A stretch of 64,000 nt of DNA from Camelus ferus (taxonomy: Eukaryota). This document shows, one piece after another, positions 1 to 11,580 of the stretch; positions within the stretch are counted from its first letter, which is position 1, and the number at the start of each line of letters is the position of its first letter. The notes below the pieces were generated by a model that saw nothing but the letters and a program-made list of their open reading frames with translations, was not told the DNA's origin and did no database searches. Location of the stretch: contig NC_045697.1 of assembly GCF_009834535.1 (NCBI RefSeq), forward strand, positions 47,122,001 through 47,186,000. The letters are read 5' to 3'. Position numbers and translations under genes: made by a program.

Positions 1-2390
1 GGAATCTCCCCATTTCTATCCCATTGGATCCCCTACTAAGTCCTAAATGTTTTCTCTGAGCTATAATCTCAAAAGGAAAGTCACTGGGGTGTGATATAAT
101 AAACTTAAGAACGTAAATATTTTAAGCTATGTCAGAGTGTTTCCTTAGAATTTATCCAGCATTATAAGCCAAAGTGTCTATCAGTGTCTACATCATTTAA
201 AATTATTCAGTGTATTGAGAAACAAGTGTAAGCAAGGCCTTGGTATCAGATGGACTCTAGGTGTTTCGTGTTTACATCCCAAAGAGACCCCTTCTAAATT
301 ATGAAACTCATGAGGTCTAGCAGAGACCAAGGCTAAGGACTAAAATAGTCAAAGAATCATACTGGGTATACGTTAACCAACGGATTTTTGCTTTTAAAAA
401 ATTGTTTGATACAAACCTACTGTAGTTCATGAATTTACTATGTGTAATCATCAACTTCACTTTTAAAAGAAAGTTATCACTTGAATCTACTTTGTAAAGT
501 TTTAAAGAAGATCTACTTGAGCATTTGCATTAGCAGGATTAATCGACCTGAGAATCAGAAAAAAAAAAGGTGCAAACATAAGATTTGCCTTTGGCACAAG
601 GACAAGTAACTGGTGCAGTCGGGCTCGAAAAGTACAACTTTACGCAGTAATGACATGCCTGGTCTGCCTCTGCTACGCTGTGATTCACATATTGCTTCCC
701 GGTTGTCTACAAATGTGTATCTGATTTAAAACATAAAAGAGAAAAGAGAAGTGATAAAAAAAAAAGATACAGTTTAGTTACATATACTTTGCTGCTTTCC
801 AAGTGTAGATCTGTGTGTGGAAACAGGCAAATAACTCATCCCAACTGGGGCATTATAATTAAGAGAGTCTAATAAGGTTACGCATAAAATACATTTTAAT
901 TGGGCTCAAAGAGAGTTAATTTAAAATAGAGCAATCAAAGAGAATGCCAGTTGATAATAGTTTCCACTCCTTTTTGTAAATAGCTTTAAGGGTTCTAGTA
1001 ACTTCTAAACGTTAATTTGATAAGGAAGGACAGTAAATTATAACTTAAAATGGAGACACAGGAAGCACAGATACCATATTCACATTAATTCATATATGTC
1101 ATTTCTATCTTATTAAACAATTTCTATAAAATCTCAAGTTTCTAATTAGGATTTGTGATGTAAAAAAAAGGCAATTTGGTAGCTGGGTTCTTTTCGCTAA
1201 AGACAATCAACTAACTAGCAGAGTTCAGATGCTAGTCGCTCATCACCTGCCACCTACGGCCACTCTGAGATCTCGTGTTAGTGCAGAGGTACTTGCAGCA
1301 GGATGTGCGAGTCCCGCCAATAAGGCTTTGTGGGTTCCACTGTTCTGTGCACTTTATTAAAACTACTCCACCCTCCAGACCGAACTAAAAAACTGCTGCT
1401 CATGACTTGGGGACTAGTTGGTGAAGGTGGTAATTTAATAAAGTACATTAGTAAATGCAACATGATTTTACACTGTAAACGTCTCACAAACTCAGGGTTT
1501 CAGCTACATATTTTCTCCTAAAAGAAAATTTCTATATAACCCTTGTCCTCACTCCCAGTTTTTCCAATAATCTGCTTTCTTAGGGACATGATAAAGTTTT
1601 GAGCAAGAAGCCATTATTCAAAAAACAGAACATAAAGTGTTCCTTAAGTACTGAGTGTTTTTTTCTCTTGTTTTTTTTTTTTTCTTTTATGTTTTTCCAC
1701 CGGTCAGATATTTATATTTATTTTCTAGGCTTCCACATAGATATTCCGTATTAATGGCACTTTTTTTTTTTTTAAATGAAACAGTTTTAGGCACAACAGT
1801 CAGTGACTTCTGGCTCTGCTTTGTAGAGAAAGGTGTAAGGACTGCATTCTCCAGATTATAATTTTCTCATTCTTCATGAGAACTTGATTTTTGTTTTGCT
1901 TGTTTTACCATGTGGAAATTAGAAGAGATCTTAAAAAAAAAGAAGTCCACAAATGCAGCTTGTGTATGTACAAATAGCCTTGGTTTTAAATGCTGGATTC
2001 TGGAATGAGCCTGGGACATGCACACAAATGTGACACTCAGTTAGAAAAAGAATGTCACAGCCGTCCAGTCCCAGCCTTTCAAGGGCTGCCCGACTGGAAA
2101 GGGGCCATGCTTTCCCCGGATTTCCGTGCTGTCCCGTCAGTAGCTGAAACCCTGGGTTAGGCTTTGCCATTTCGCTCCCTTTGCTCCTGCGTGGGAGGGA
2201 CATGGAGTCGCGACCCTGTGCAGACACTTCCTTTTTCTATTTGGTTTATTTAAAAATCACCTATTCTGATTGATCTATAAGAATGGATGATATAAAGAGC
2301 TATACAAATAAATTTTCTTTCAAATTCATAAAACTATGCCTACTCTTTTTTTGGAAACAGGAGTTAATACCAAGAGTCTGCCGGAAGTCT
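1..2390 (-). other. BMP2K: BMP2K long-isoform 3'UTR (end not determined)
   Basis: Follows the stop codon; no interspersed repeats recognised; minus-strand AATAAA at 2245-2250, 1717-1722 and 1353-1358. Confidence 0.7.
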
Positions 2391-3793
2391 CTACTGTTTA
2401 GAAGGAAACGGAGCAGCACCGAACGGGTCCAGTTCAACTGGCTGGGGCTGTTGGGACTGATGTGGAGGGATGCTCTGCACCACGAGTTCTGTGAAGGGCA
2501 CGGCCCCAAAATCATCCATTTTCAATGCCTCGGCCCCGTGGAAGGCCCCATGCAGTGAATTCGGCCTGGGCCGCCCGGGCAGGACGGGGTTGTCGCTCCG
2601 GCCCTGGTGAGGGGGGTGCCATGGCAGGTCTGGGGGGTGGAAGGGCTTGGCCCCGAAGGGGTCCAGCAGACTCTCCTCGGGCTGCAGGCCGTGCCCTCTG
2701 TCCTTGCCATCCGTCAGAGCGACGCTGATGTTCTCCTTGGAGTCCGAGATGGTCAGGAACTCGTTGCTGCTCTGGGAGTCCCGGCGGCCCACCCGGCGGT
2801 GCCGGCGGGCCCTCTCCGGGGTGCGGTAGGCCGGCTTGGCCGGCTTCTTGGCGCCCGTAGGGGTGCCGTGATGCCGCTTCCCGTTGCTCTTGGCCACCTC
2901 CGGCTTCGTGCGCCTCTGGCGGGAGGAGAGTTTCTGTAAACTCCGCTGTTTGACTTTTGGCTGCTGACTCCCAGTTATTTCCTCAAAGGGCACCAGCCCG
3001 AAAAGGTCCTCGTGGCTGTCGCTTCTGCTCGTGGCCGTGGAGAAGGGCTGGAATGGAGTCGAGCCAAAGATATCGACACTCTGGGGACAGGCGGGGACAG
3101 CGCGGCCGTCGGGGACGGTCACCTTCCTGCTGAAGGGCGCCTTGGTGAAGACATCAAACTCCTCCGGCTCGAGTCCCCCCGCGGGAAGCCGGGGCCCAGG
3201 GGAGAGGTCCTTCCCCTGGCCGCCCTGTTGGGGCTGTTGCGCACGTGCTGCAAAGAAGGGGACGGCGCCAAATACATCAAACTCGGGCTTGGGAGCCTCG
3301 GCTCTAGCATCCGAGGGGAACTGGGCTGGCGCGAGGAGTGTTACACCAGGATCTGGGAGCGGGCTGCTGCCAGACCCGTCTCTGTAGCGAGGGCTCAAGT
3401 CGCTGTACTTGGCTTTGGCCTGCTCGTAATCAGAATCCGAGCTGTGCTTCTCTTCCTCCTCCTCATCTTCTGAATCCATGAGGAGAGGCCTGTGACCCAG
3501 ATTTTCCGGTTCAGTATCATCATCATTAAAATCTCCTTGTTCCCCCTGGAGAACTTCTTCATCATCTTGCTCCTCCTCTTCACTGCTCTTAGGAGAAGGG
3601 GGGTCTGATTCAAAATCACTTTCAGATTCATCATTCGCCTTTGGCACCTGACCGTGTACTGACAAATTATCTGAGGTTTTCTTTCCAGTCCGGTGGTCTT
3701 TAGATACTGGGCTTGCTTTTCTATTCTTGATAGCGTTTGCAGTGCTGTTTTCCTGATTCATGGATGAATGTTCAATTTTCTTTTCAGGAGAAC
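2391..3793 (-). CDS. BMP2K: BMP2K exon 16, coding part (long isoform C-terminal tail)
   Basis: tcttcag|GTTCTCCTGAA; GSPEKKIEHSSMNQEN...LDPFGAAPFPSKQ-TAG; contains the 456-aa ORF 2391..3761. Confidence 0.97.
2400..3420. promoter_or_regulatory. CpG-island-like segment inside the terminal exon
   Basis: Hand count: 48/60 GC and 8 CpG in 2761-2820, versus 22/60 GC in 3721-3780 of the same exon. Confidence 0.65.
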
Positions 3794-4869
3794 CTGAAGA
3801 GTCAAAGCAAAATGATTATATCATTCCAGTGCATTTCAAAAACCATTTGCCAGTAAACAGTATGTACTGACACAGAGCATTACAGAGCACGCATAGCAGT
3901 TCCCTTGGAGGAAGACATACTGGTAGCTCTTTGTCCTTAGGCTTAGGGAATGCACTTGGCCACAAGTCGATGAACAGGTCCTTCAGAAAAGACAGACTTA
4001 CTTGTCTCTGTATCCCACACATCACCTACTCATAACAGACCCTCACTGACAGCTGTCTGATTTATAGCGTCCAGAACAGGACTCTGAATATAACACACAA
4101 GCAAATTTTCTCCATTTCAAAATAAGATTATCCAGCCAAATGCCCTGCTCAGATTCCATGCTTACCTAACAATCTTCTTTTTATATTTCAACTCTGTTAT
4201 AAAGTTTTCCTACAGAGATCAACAAGCATGAATAGCTTATCTGCTTAGCTATATGTTTCACTGTAATTTTTAAAATTGGCATTTGGGTTTTTTTGGGTTT
4301 TTTGTTTTGTAAACAAGTGTCTTATGAGTTGGGTTAGCATGAGTGTATCCCCAGAGCCTGATCAAAGCTAAGGACCAGGTCCTGAACTGAGGCCGTACCA
4401 AGGACATCTGCCTTCCCCAGATGACACCTCTTCCCTTAACCATCACACACTACTATATGTTACATTAAAAGCACACTCCCTCTTAAAAAAAACAAAACAA
4501 AAATAAAACCCTCAACTGTCGGTATGTTGACTGTATGATAGGTAATAAAATTCCATCAAACAAATACATTGCTTTGCAATTTCATTGTTGGGTATATATA
4601 GATAGCATATTTACATGAAAATATAATGCTCTCCCAATACATTGGTGTATTATATCGATTTTCCAGAGGTAGGGAACAATTTGAATTGATCCAACCACAT
4701 ATCCATTCATCCCTTCTCCTCCTGTAAGATCAGATATTTTCAAAACACTTAGCTAGGATTGGAAGTAGTCTTTAGTCATGGAAACTAATTAGCTTATGAT
4801 GGAAGGACCATTGCTTTCCCATGATTAACACAGTGGTCCCTGTGGCATAGGGCACCTCTGAGTGATTTC

Positions 4870-6127
4870 CTTCCCTTTCAAAGTCAGCACTGTTGTCCTC
4901 TCACCTCTGACCATTCCCTCTTGGTTATATTTGTAGAGACTTCTCTTTCACTAACATCTTAAACATGTGTGTTCCCCAGGGTTCTGTCCTTGGCTGTTTC
5001 TCTCTCTCTCTCTGCATGCCCTTCCCTGGGTCCTAACTACTTGTGTGTTAATTGCCACTTACACCGTAATGACTGGATCTCTAATATATAACCTTAAATA
5101 CTCATCTGCCCTATTCATCTAATACTTATCATGAATATGTATATCCTACCATTACTTCCAGCTCAGTGATTTCAAAAGAGATCTTTCCTCTTAAAATGTG
5201 CTCCTCACCAGTTCCCTCTAAATTCGTGAACACTTTCATCTACCAAGTTCTGCAAACTAGCAGAAATCTGGAAATCATCTTCCCTCTTCCTACCAAACAA
5301 GTATTTTTAGTCTCTGGAAGCCGTTCCCTCCTGTCCCTCTGCCGGCTGTTGATTTCATTCCCTCCTTATCCTCATCTAGCAGCTCTTCAGCCGCTGAACT
5401 CAGCTGTCTGCCTCCAGTCCCATGTCCCGCAAACCGCCCCTCTATGCTGCCACCAGAATGACTTCTGAAACACTCATCACGTGGCTACTGTTGAAAACCT
5501 TTCAGCGTCTCTCTAAAGTCCCAACCCTCAGCCCAGCCCGGGGGCCCTTCTATGGATTCTGTCCTACAACATCCTTAGCCTCAAACTCTGCTGTCTCCCC
5601 CAGGTATTTGTCATTATAGCCACACCTGAACTCTCCCTGCTCAAACTCAGGCACGGCATTGATTTGGATAAAGGTTTGGTTTTGTTTTTTTTTTTTTTTT
5701 TTTTTTTGAGCTCTCTTGCTATCTAAGCCCTTAAGGTTTGCTATCAGAAACAGGAAACTAATCAATTCAGGCAGCAAGGAGCACTTCGCTGTTTTAACCT
5801 CTCGCTGCCATTGTAACACAGGACCGCAGTCCGCAGTCCTTCCAGCACTCCCACTCCCACTGACTTGCCAAGTGTGCTCGGCTGTATTTCAAGACCCAGC
5901 CCATGTCACAGCCCTTCGGAGGCACCCCTCAAAAAATACCCATATATGGTGCCCCTGATGAACCTGGTACAAGCCTTAATTGTAGCTTCACCTGTATGAC
6001 AATTATTTGCTTACTTGTCTGTTTTCCCTACTCAATTATGAGCTCGAGACACAGGCCTTATTTATCATTTACCTCGTGTATCAATCATTTCTACCCTCGC
6101 ACTGTGCTCAATCTTTGTTGAATAAAA
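4870..6127 (+). mobile_element. LINE-2 fragments, 3' end at right (interrupted)
   Basis: Pyrimidine-rich L2-like body ending ...actgtgctcaatctttgttgaataa. Confidence 0.6.
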
Positions 6128-6249
6128 CAGTGACTACTCTGAGCGCCCAGCTGTGGCTACACACACACCAGTACATTCAGAACACAATCAAGTTACATAG
6201 AAAAAGAAACCCTTTACATCTGGAGATGTCTTCAGCTCAGAATTCAGCC

Positions 6250-7530
6250 ACTCACATTTTCTCGATTCAACAGAACATTTCTCAGGGCACTTTTCTACAT
6301 GCTGTCCACTGGGCATACGTTGGTGAATAAAATAAACATGGTCTCTGCCTTCAGGAGTTCAGAGAGCCTGAGTAAACGTAAGCTGTGACCGGTGCTCTTA
6401 AGTAACAAAGCAGAGGTGCAAGTCGCGGGGCAGCGGGCAGGGGTGCGTGACACCACTCTGGACGGTCAGCCGAGGCCTCCCTGAGGAGACGAGAGTCTGG
6501 GCAGCTACATGAGAAGGAGCTGGCCGTGCAAAGGACAGACAGACGGCTGCTCCAAGTGGAAGCCACGGCATGTGTGAGGACTAAGTCAAGAAAGAGGCTG
6601 GCATGCTTGAGGGACTGAAAGTAGGCCCATGTGCTTAGAGCACAGGGAGCAAGGGGAACACTGGACCAGACGAGGCAGGAAAGGGAGGGGTAAGGACCAG
6701 ATGGTGAAGGTCTCGTTAAGGCCATGATAAGAAGTTTGGATTTCGTTCTAAATTCAGTGTGCAGTGTGGAGCTGGGGCAAGGCTTTATTCAAAATGTTAT
6801 GACTTACTTAAATTGTCATGATCAAATTTACATTTCAAAAAGATAACTGACTGCTATGTAGGAAAATACGAGGAGGCTGCAAAAGTGGGGAGATCAGGGA
6901 AGAGGAAATTGTAGTGACTCAAGTTAAAATTGTGGTGGTCTGGACGGCGCTGCAGCAGGGAAAACAGAAGTGGCAGAATTAGAGATTGGAGAGGAAAACT
7001 GGATGGACGGTACTGTCATTAACACGTAAAGACAGTAAAGGGTGAGTAAAGAATATGTTGGGAAGTAAAGGAGACTGTCAAGAATTTGGTTTTGGACACA
7101 AAGTTTGAGGTATCCATGAGACATTTAAGCGCAAGCAAGTATCTGTGTCTTGAGCACAATGGCTAGTTCTTGGCTGGAGAAAACAGATTTGGGGGTCACC
7201 AGTATGCAAAGGGTATGTCAAGAGAGGCACAAGTCTGAAGGAAATCCCTGAGAAGGAGAGGACAGAAGAGGAAAAGGTGATCCAATGCTGAGCCCCGGGT
7301 ATAAAACATTCAGAAATCAGCAGAGGAACCTGAACAGCAAACAAGAAAGTGCCAGGGGAGCGAGCAGACCACTGAGCTGGGTGATGCAGAGAGGTCAGCG
7401 AACTGTGGACAGACAATGGCCACTGGCTCTCCTCGGTTGTGCAGGTCGCTGGCAACCTTGAAGTGGGGAGTGGGAAGGAAATCCAGTGGGGCTGAGGAGG
7501 GACGGGGAGAGAAGACGTGGAGAATTCCAT
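6250..7530 (-). mobile_element. LINE-2 fragment
   Basis: Begins with reverse L2 tail (attcaacagaacattt...ggtctctgccttcaggag), purine-rich body. Confidence 0.65.
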
Positions 7531-9978
7531 CAGCTTATACTTGAATACAAATATGATCTTCATCCATTATTTTATCTGCCAGTTCCTTGAAACCAGCCAA
7601 GAGCTACATACTGTATCTTTACATATTTATAATGAGCTTATCTTAAATCCTAACAGATTAGAACCAAATCACACGCAGATTCCCATTTGACTTCTCCATA
7701 GAGCGTACTGCTGATATTAAAAACAAAGATTGCTTTTAGTTTAGCCGTTGCATTTATTTTCATGAATTTGTGTTCAAAAGCAAAAACGGTAATGGCAAAG
7801 ACTTGCACCCATCCCTCACATCAGGACAGTCCCTCTAAAATATATTTTAACTTATTATGTCCTCAAGCTACTCCCCTACCCACAGAGAGCTACAACATGC
7901 TCCCTCATGCCTGCTCATGGACACCTCCAGGAACATTCCCATATGCTTCCTAAAGTTTCTTCTGCAGAACACTATTCCAAGAACCAAACAGTCTTGTGGT
8001 CTCAGGCTGCTGAGTTTATGAAATGCTGCACTTTATAATGTGCCTCCCCCCTTACCTGGAAGGTGCTCATCATATTATAGGTGCTGACACAAAAAGGTAC
8101 ACAGAAGAATCTTATTTTATAAAACCTAGGATTTCCCAAATTTGTTCACTACACTTTTATTTACATGTAATGCCTATTAACCTTTATAAACAATTTTGCA
8201 AAAAGCACTTGGGAAAAATGCTACTCTACAATTTCCCTGGAACAAACTCCATTTCTAGGGCAGAGAGTTCTGTTCCTGGAAGTTTTCTGGAACATTAAAA
8301 ATGGGACAAAGTCCTTCAATTGACCTTCTTTTTGTATTCTTACATTAAGCCCAGTCTTCTAAAGCAATCGTTTCCTTTACCCAGCTGCCCAACTCTGCTC
8401 TCCAAAGCACAGTTCTCACTTTCTACTTCCTACTCTGTCTACCCTTTGTCAGCTTCTCAAAGTTGTATTGATACAGATATGCCTGTCTTCGTTGTAAAGT
8501 GCTATGCAGATCTACTTTTTAAATGGTGAGTGTGGATATAAATTTGTGGGGTTTTTTCACTTACCATTTTTAATGCACCTTTACAGATATCAGTATAGTC
8601 CACTATCAATTCTGGCAGAAACATGAAGAAACACTGTATGTATAATGTTTAACTATTTACCTATAGACCCTCCAGGTTGTTTCTAGCTTTTCAGCATTTT
8701 AAATGGAACCATGATCATGGACTTTTTCTCTGAAAGGAAAAAAAACTATCGCCAAAAAACCCTCTTTGTTAATAATAATTTCAGTTTATCTATTTATTGT
8801 TATTCTCTCCCTATGAACAATTAATACTCAGCTAACAAAGTTAACCCAGTAACAGTCTCTGATAAGATCACAGCTAAATCCTCTACTCTGCTCCCTCATA
8901 CATGAGGAATATGTATACTGTTATGTTATGAAAGAATAATATAAGAACAGGTCTATTTTGTAGGATTGTTGTAAAGAAAGGACTTAAAATAGTGCCTGAC
9001 ACGTAATGAGCACTCCATAAAGTTCACTGTCATCATCTCCAGGGCAAGGCCCAACTCAGTTATCTCAGCCATCCTTCTCCAATTTCCTATCAACTTTTCT
9101 GGACTTGATGGCTGAAGATAGATCTAAATGGGAGGGAAGAGGATGGAGAGGGGAGAGGAGGGTACACATCTATGGCTAATTCAAGAGTGGCTCGGTCCAC
9201 TGTAGAACTGCCCAAAAATAAGGAGGCAAACAAATATATATTCACACACCACCAGGGTGCAATCTGGATCCCAGAAACTGTATCTCTGATTTGTAAATAG
9301 CCAGAGTTGAGAGCACAGTAAAAGAAAGAATGCTTTCAAATAGAGCGAGAAGAGATACATGCAGTGATCTATCCCATCTTCATGGTTTCAGATACACCCT
9401 TGAAAAGTACGGGCAACTGGGGAAATTTCTGGTTGGTGTAGACTGACTGGTTTTACTTCTTTGTTGTCACTCCTTCATAAAACTAAAATAAGGCGATCAA
9501 AAATACCTATCCAAATTCCTTTTTTCTCCCATATTCTCACAACCCATCCTGACACTGCTTAAATGTTTCTTTCTCCGTCCTTCCCCTCCTTTACAAAGCG
9601 GTGTAGGGTCCAGAGCAGCAGGAGACCTCTCCGCCAGCATACTGAGTGCAACTTAGACATGCAGCGGCACGAAGCACAATTTAAGTTCATGTGCTCATCT
9701 CTGCCGCACCGCCTGCTGGGGAAAAACTAAGTTCCAAAGCTACAAGTGACAACAATCCGAGAAGAGGTTTCACTTTCTGTAGATTCGTTGTAGTCTCATT
9801 GTCAAACTACAGAAAAACTGAGAAGGAAATAGGAATTACACCAAAATGAAAATTATTTCAACATATTCTAAGACTTTTAGTCCTGTCTCATAGGCACAAA
9901 AGACTGTCAAAATAAGTATTACAAGTTATAAAGTTAGTTACCAAATGTACAATGTATGTTGCTTTAAAATGTGACTTC

Positions 9979-10260
9979 AGAAAACAAACCATGGTTACCA
10001 AAGGGGGAAGGGTGGGGAGGGATAAATTAGGGGTTAGGGATTGACATATATACATTACTGTATATAAAATAGGTTAACAACAAGGGCCTACTATATAGCA
10101 CAGGGAACTATATTCAATTTCTTGTAATAACATATAATGGAAAAGAATCTGGGGAGAAAAAAATATATATGTATATATATGTATAACTGAATCACTTTGC
10201 TATTCACTTGAAACTAACATTGTAAATCAACTACACTTCAATAAATTTTTTTTTTTTAAA
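9979..10260 (+). mobile_element. L1 3' end fragment (laurasiatherian type)
   Basis: atggttaccaaaggggg...gataaattagg...aactgaatcactttgct...aatcaactacacttcaataaa. Confidence 0.85.
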
Positions 10261-11399
10261 AAGCAACCTCATGGCTGAGTGCCATCAACTTTTCTTCACC
10301 TAAACATATTCCTGTAACAACAACAAAAAAAAATTCAGATATTCCTACTGTTTGCTCCTGGTGCCAGACTGTTTCTTCCAAGTTGTTAGAGTAAATATTA
10401 CACATTTGATTTACTATGAAACTTAAATCGGGATTATTTCACTGCTTAAGTTAATTTCCCAAAAGGATAGCCTAAATATATTGCCTTTTAATTCAATATA
10501 TCCCAAATCCTAATAATCCCTATCTTTAGTGAGATTCGCATTATTAACATAAAAATGGCTGGTTTTCAGGGAGGCAGAAGGGAGCTATAATATTTACAAT
10601 AAGCACTAGGAACATGTACTTAAAACATAAACAAATGTCTAGACTGTGCCCAGGATCATACCTCAATTGCTGCATTTTTTCACAATTAATTGATTTTGGT
10701 AAAGCATTGTAAAATTTCAAATGCTGACCAATTTTTTATTTTTGGTTCTAAGTAGGGCACTCTTCCTTCCTCAAACTAAATACAGTAGGATATTGTATTT
10801 TGATGGCTTATAATCAGAATATTTTTATTTCTGTTATGTGCCTTGGAACTACAGACTGTAAAAATTTCAGCTTTTTGAGTAGTCCTCATCTTTGGAGGCT
10901 GGGTTTGCTTGCTGCAAACAGCCAAAATCCAACCAGAGCCAAATCCTGAGAATAAAGTGAGTAACTAACATAGACAAGGCAGATTTGGGTAAATCATTAA
11001 GAACAGCAATGATGGGTTATTAAGCATTAAATTCTCTTGTGTAGCAGGTAAGCTGTCTCTTGAGGAAATTCCTGGTTAAGTATTGAAAAAAAAAGTCAGA
11101 GCCATGGAAGTCACTAAGTGTCAAGAGAACTGGTACTGATTTACACACGAAAGTTCTCCTTATTCTCACTGCTTCATGGCTTCATATACCTCATATTTAC
11201 AATTTTAAGGTAGTAGTTCAAAGCCAACTAAAGCAGTGCTTCAATTGGTCAGTACGGTCTGTAAAATAACAGGCATTCACTAAATAAGTGAGAATTCCAA
11301 ATTAACTGTTTGGTAACTGTCTATTTAAAAATATATAGCACACTTTCCTTCCTTCATGAGCAGAGGATACTAAATGAAAGTGTCCTTTGATGACCTGTG

Positions 11400-11580
11400 T
11401 TCTCAGCTGAAGTCGGGTTACTACTTGGTGTCTCACTGTCTCTCTGTAAAGTAGGAGTAACAATGGCATCCGCCTCACAGAGCCGCAGCCGGGATGAGAG
11501 AGCCCACGTCGAGTGCGTACAGCAGTGCTGGCACGCTGCAGGGGCTCAGCAAGGGGGGCTCAATTACTGTTACTGCTAAT
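11400..11580 (+). mobile_element. MIR SINE fragment
   Basis: Core ctctgtaaagtaggagtaacaat...cctcacagag...cagtgctggcac. Confidence 0.6.

Noticed and set aside
2283..3634. Many overlapping ORFs on the plus strand and in other minus frames (up to 153 aa)
   Set aside because: Shadow ORFs of the GC-rich BMP2K terminal exon; no independent gene features
2391..3761. 456-aa ORF as a standalone gene or retrocopy
   Set aside because: Its ATG is internal; a canonical acceptor before 3793 joins it in phase to exon 15
6351..7563. 124-aa and 161-aa minus-strand ORFs
   Set aside because: Lie in decayed LINE-2 sequence; no recognisable domain
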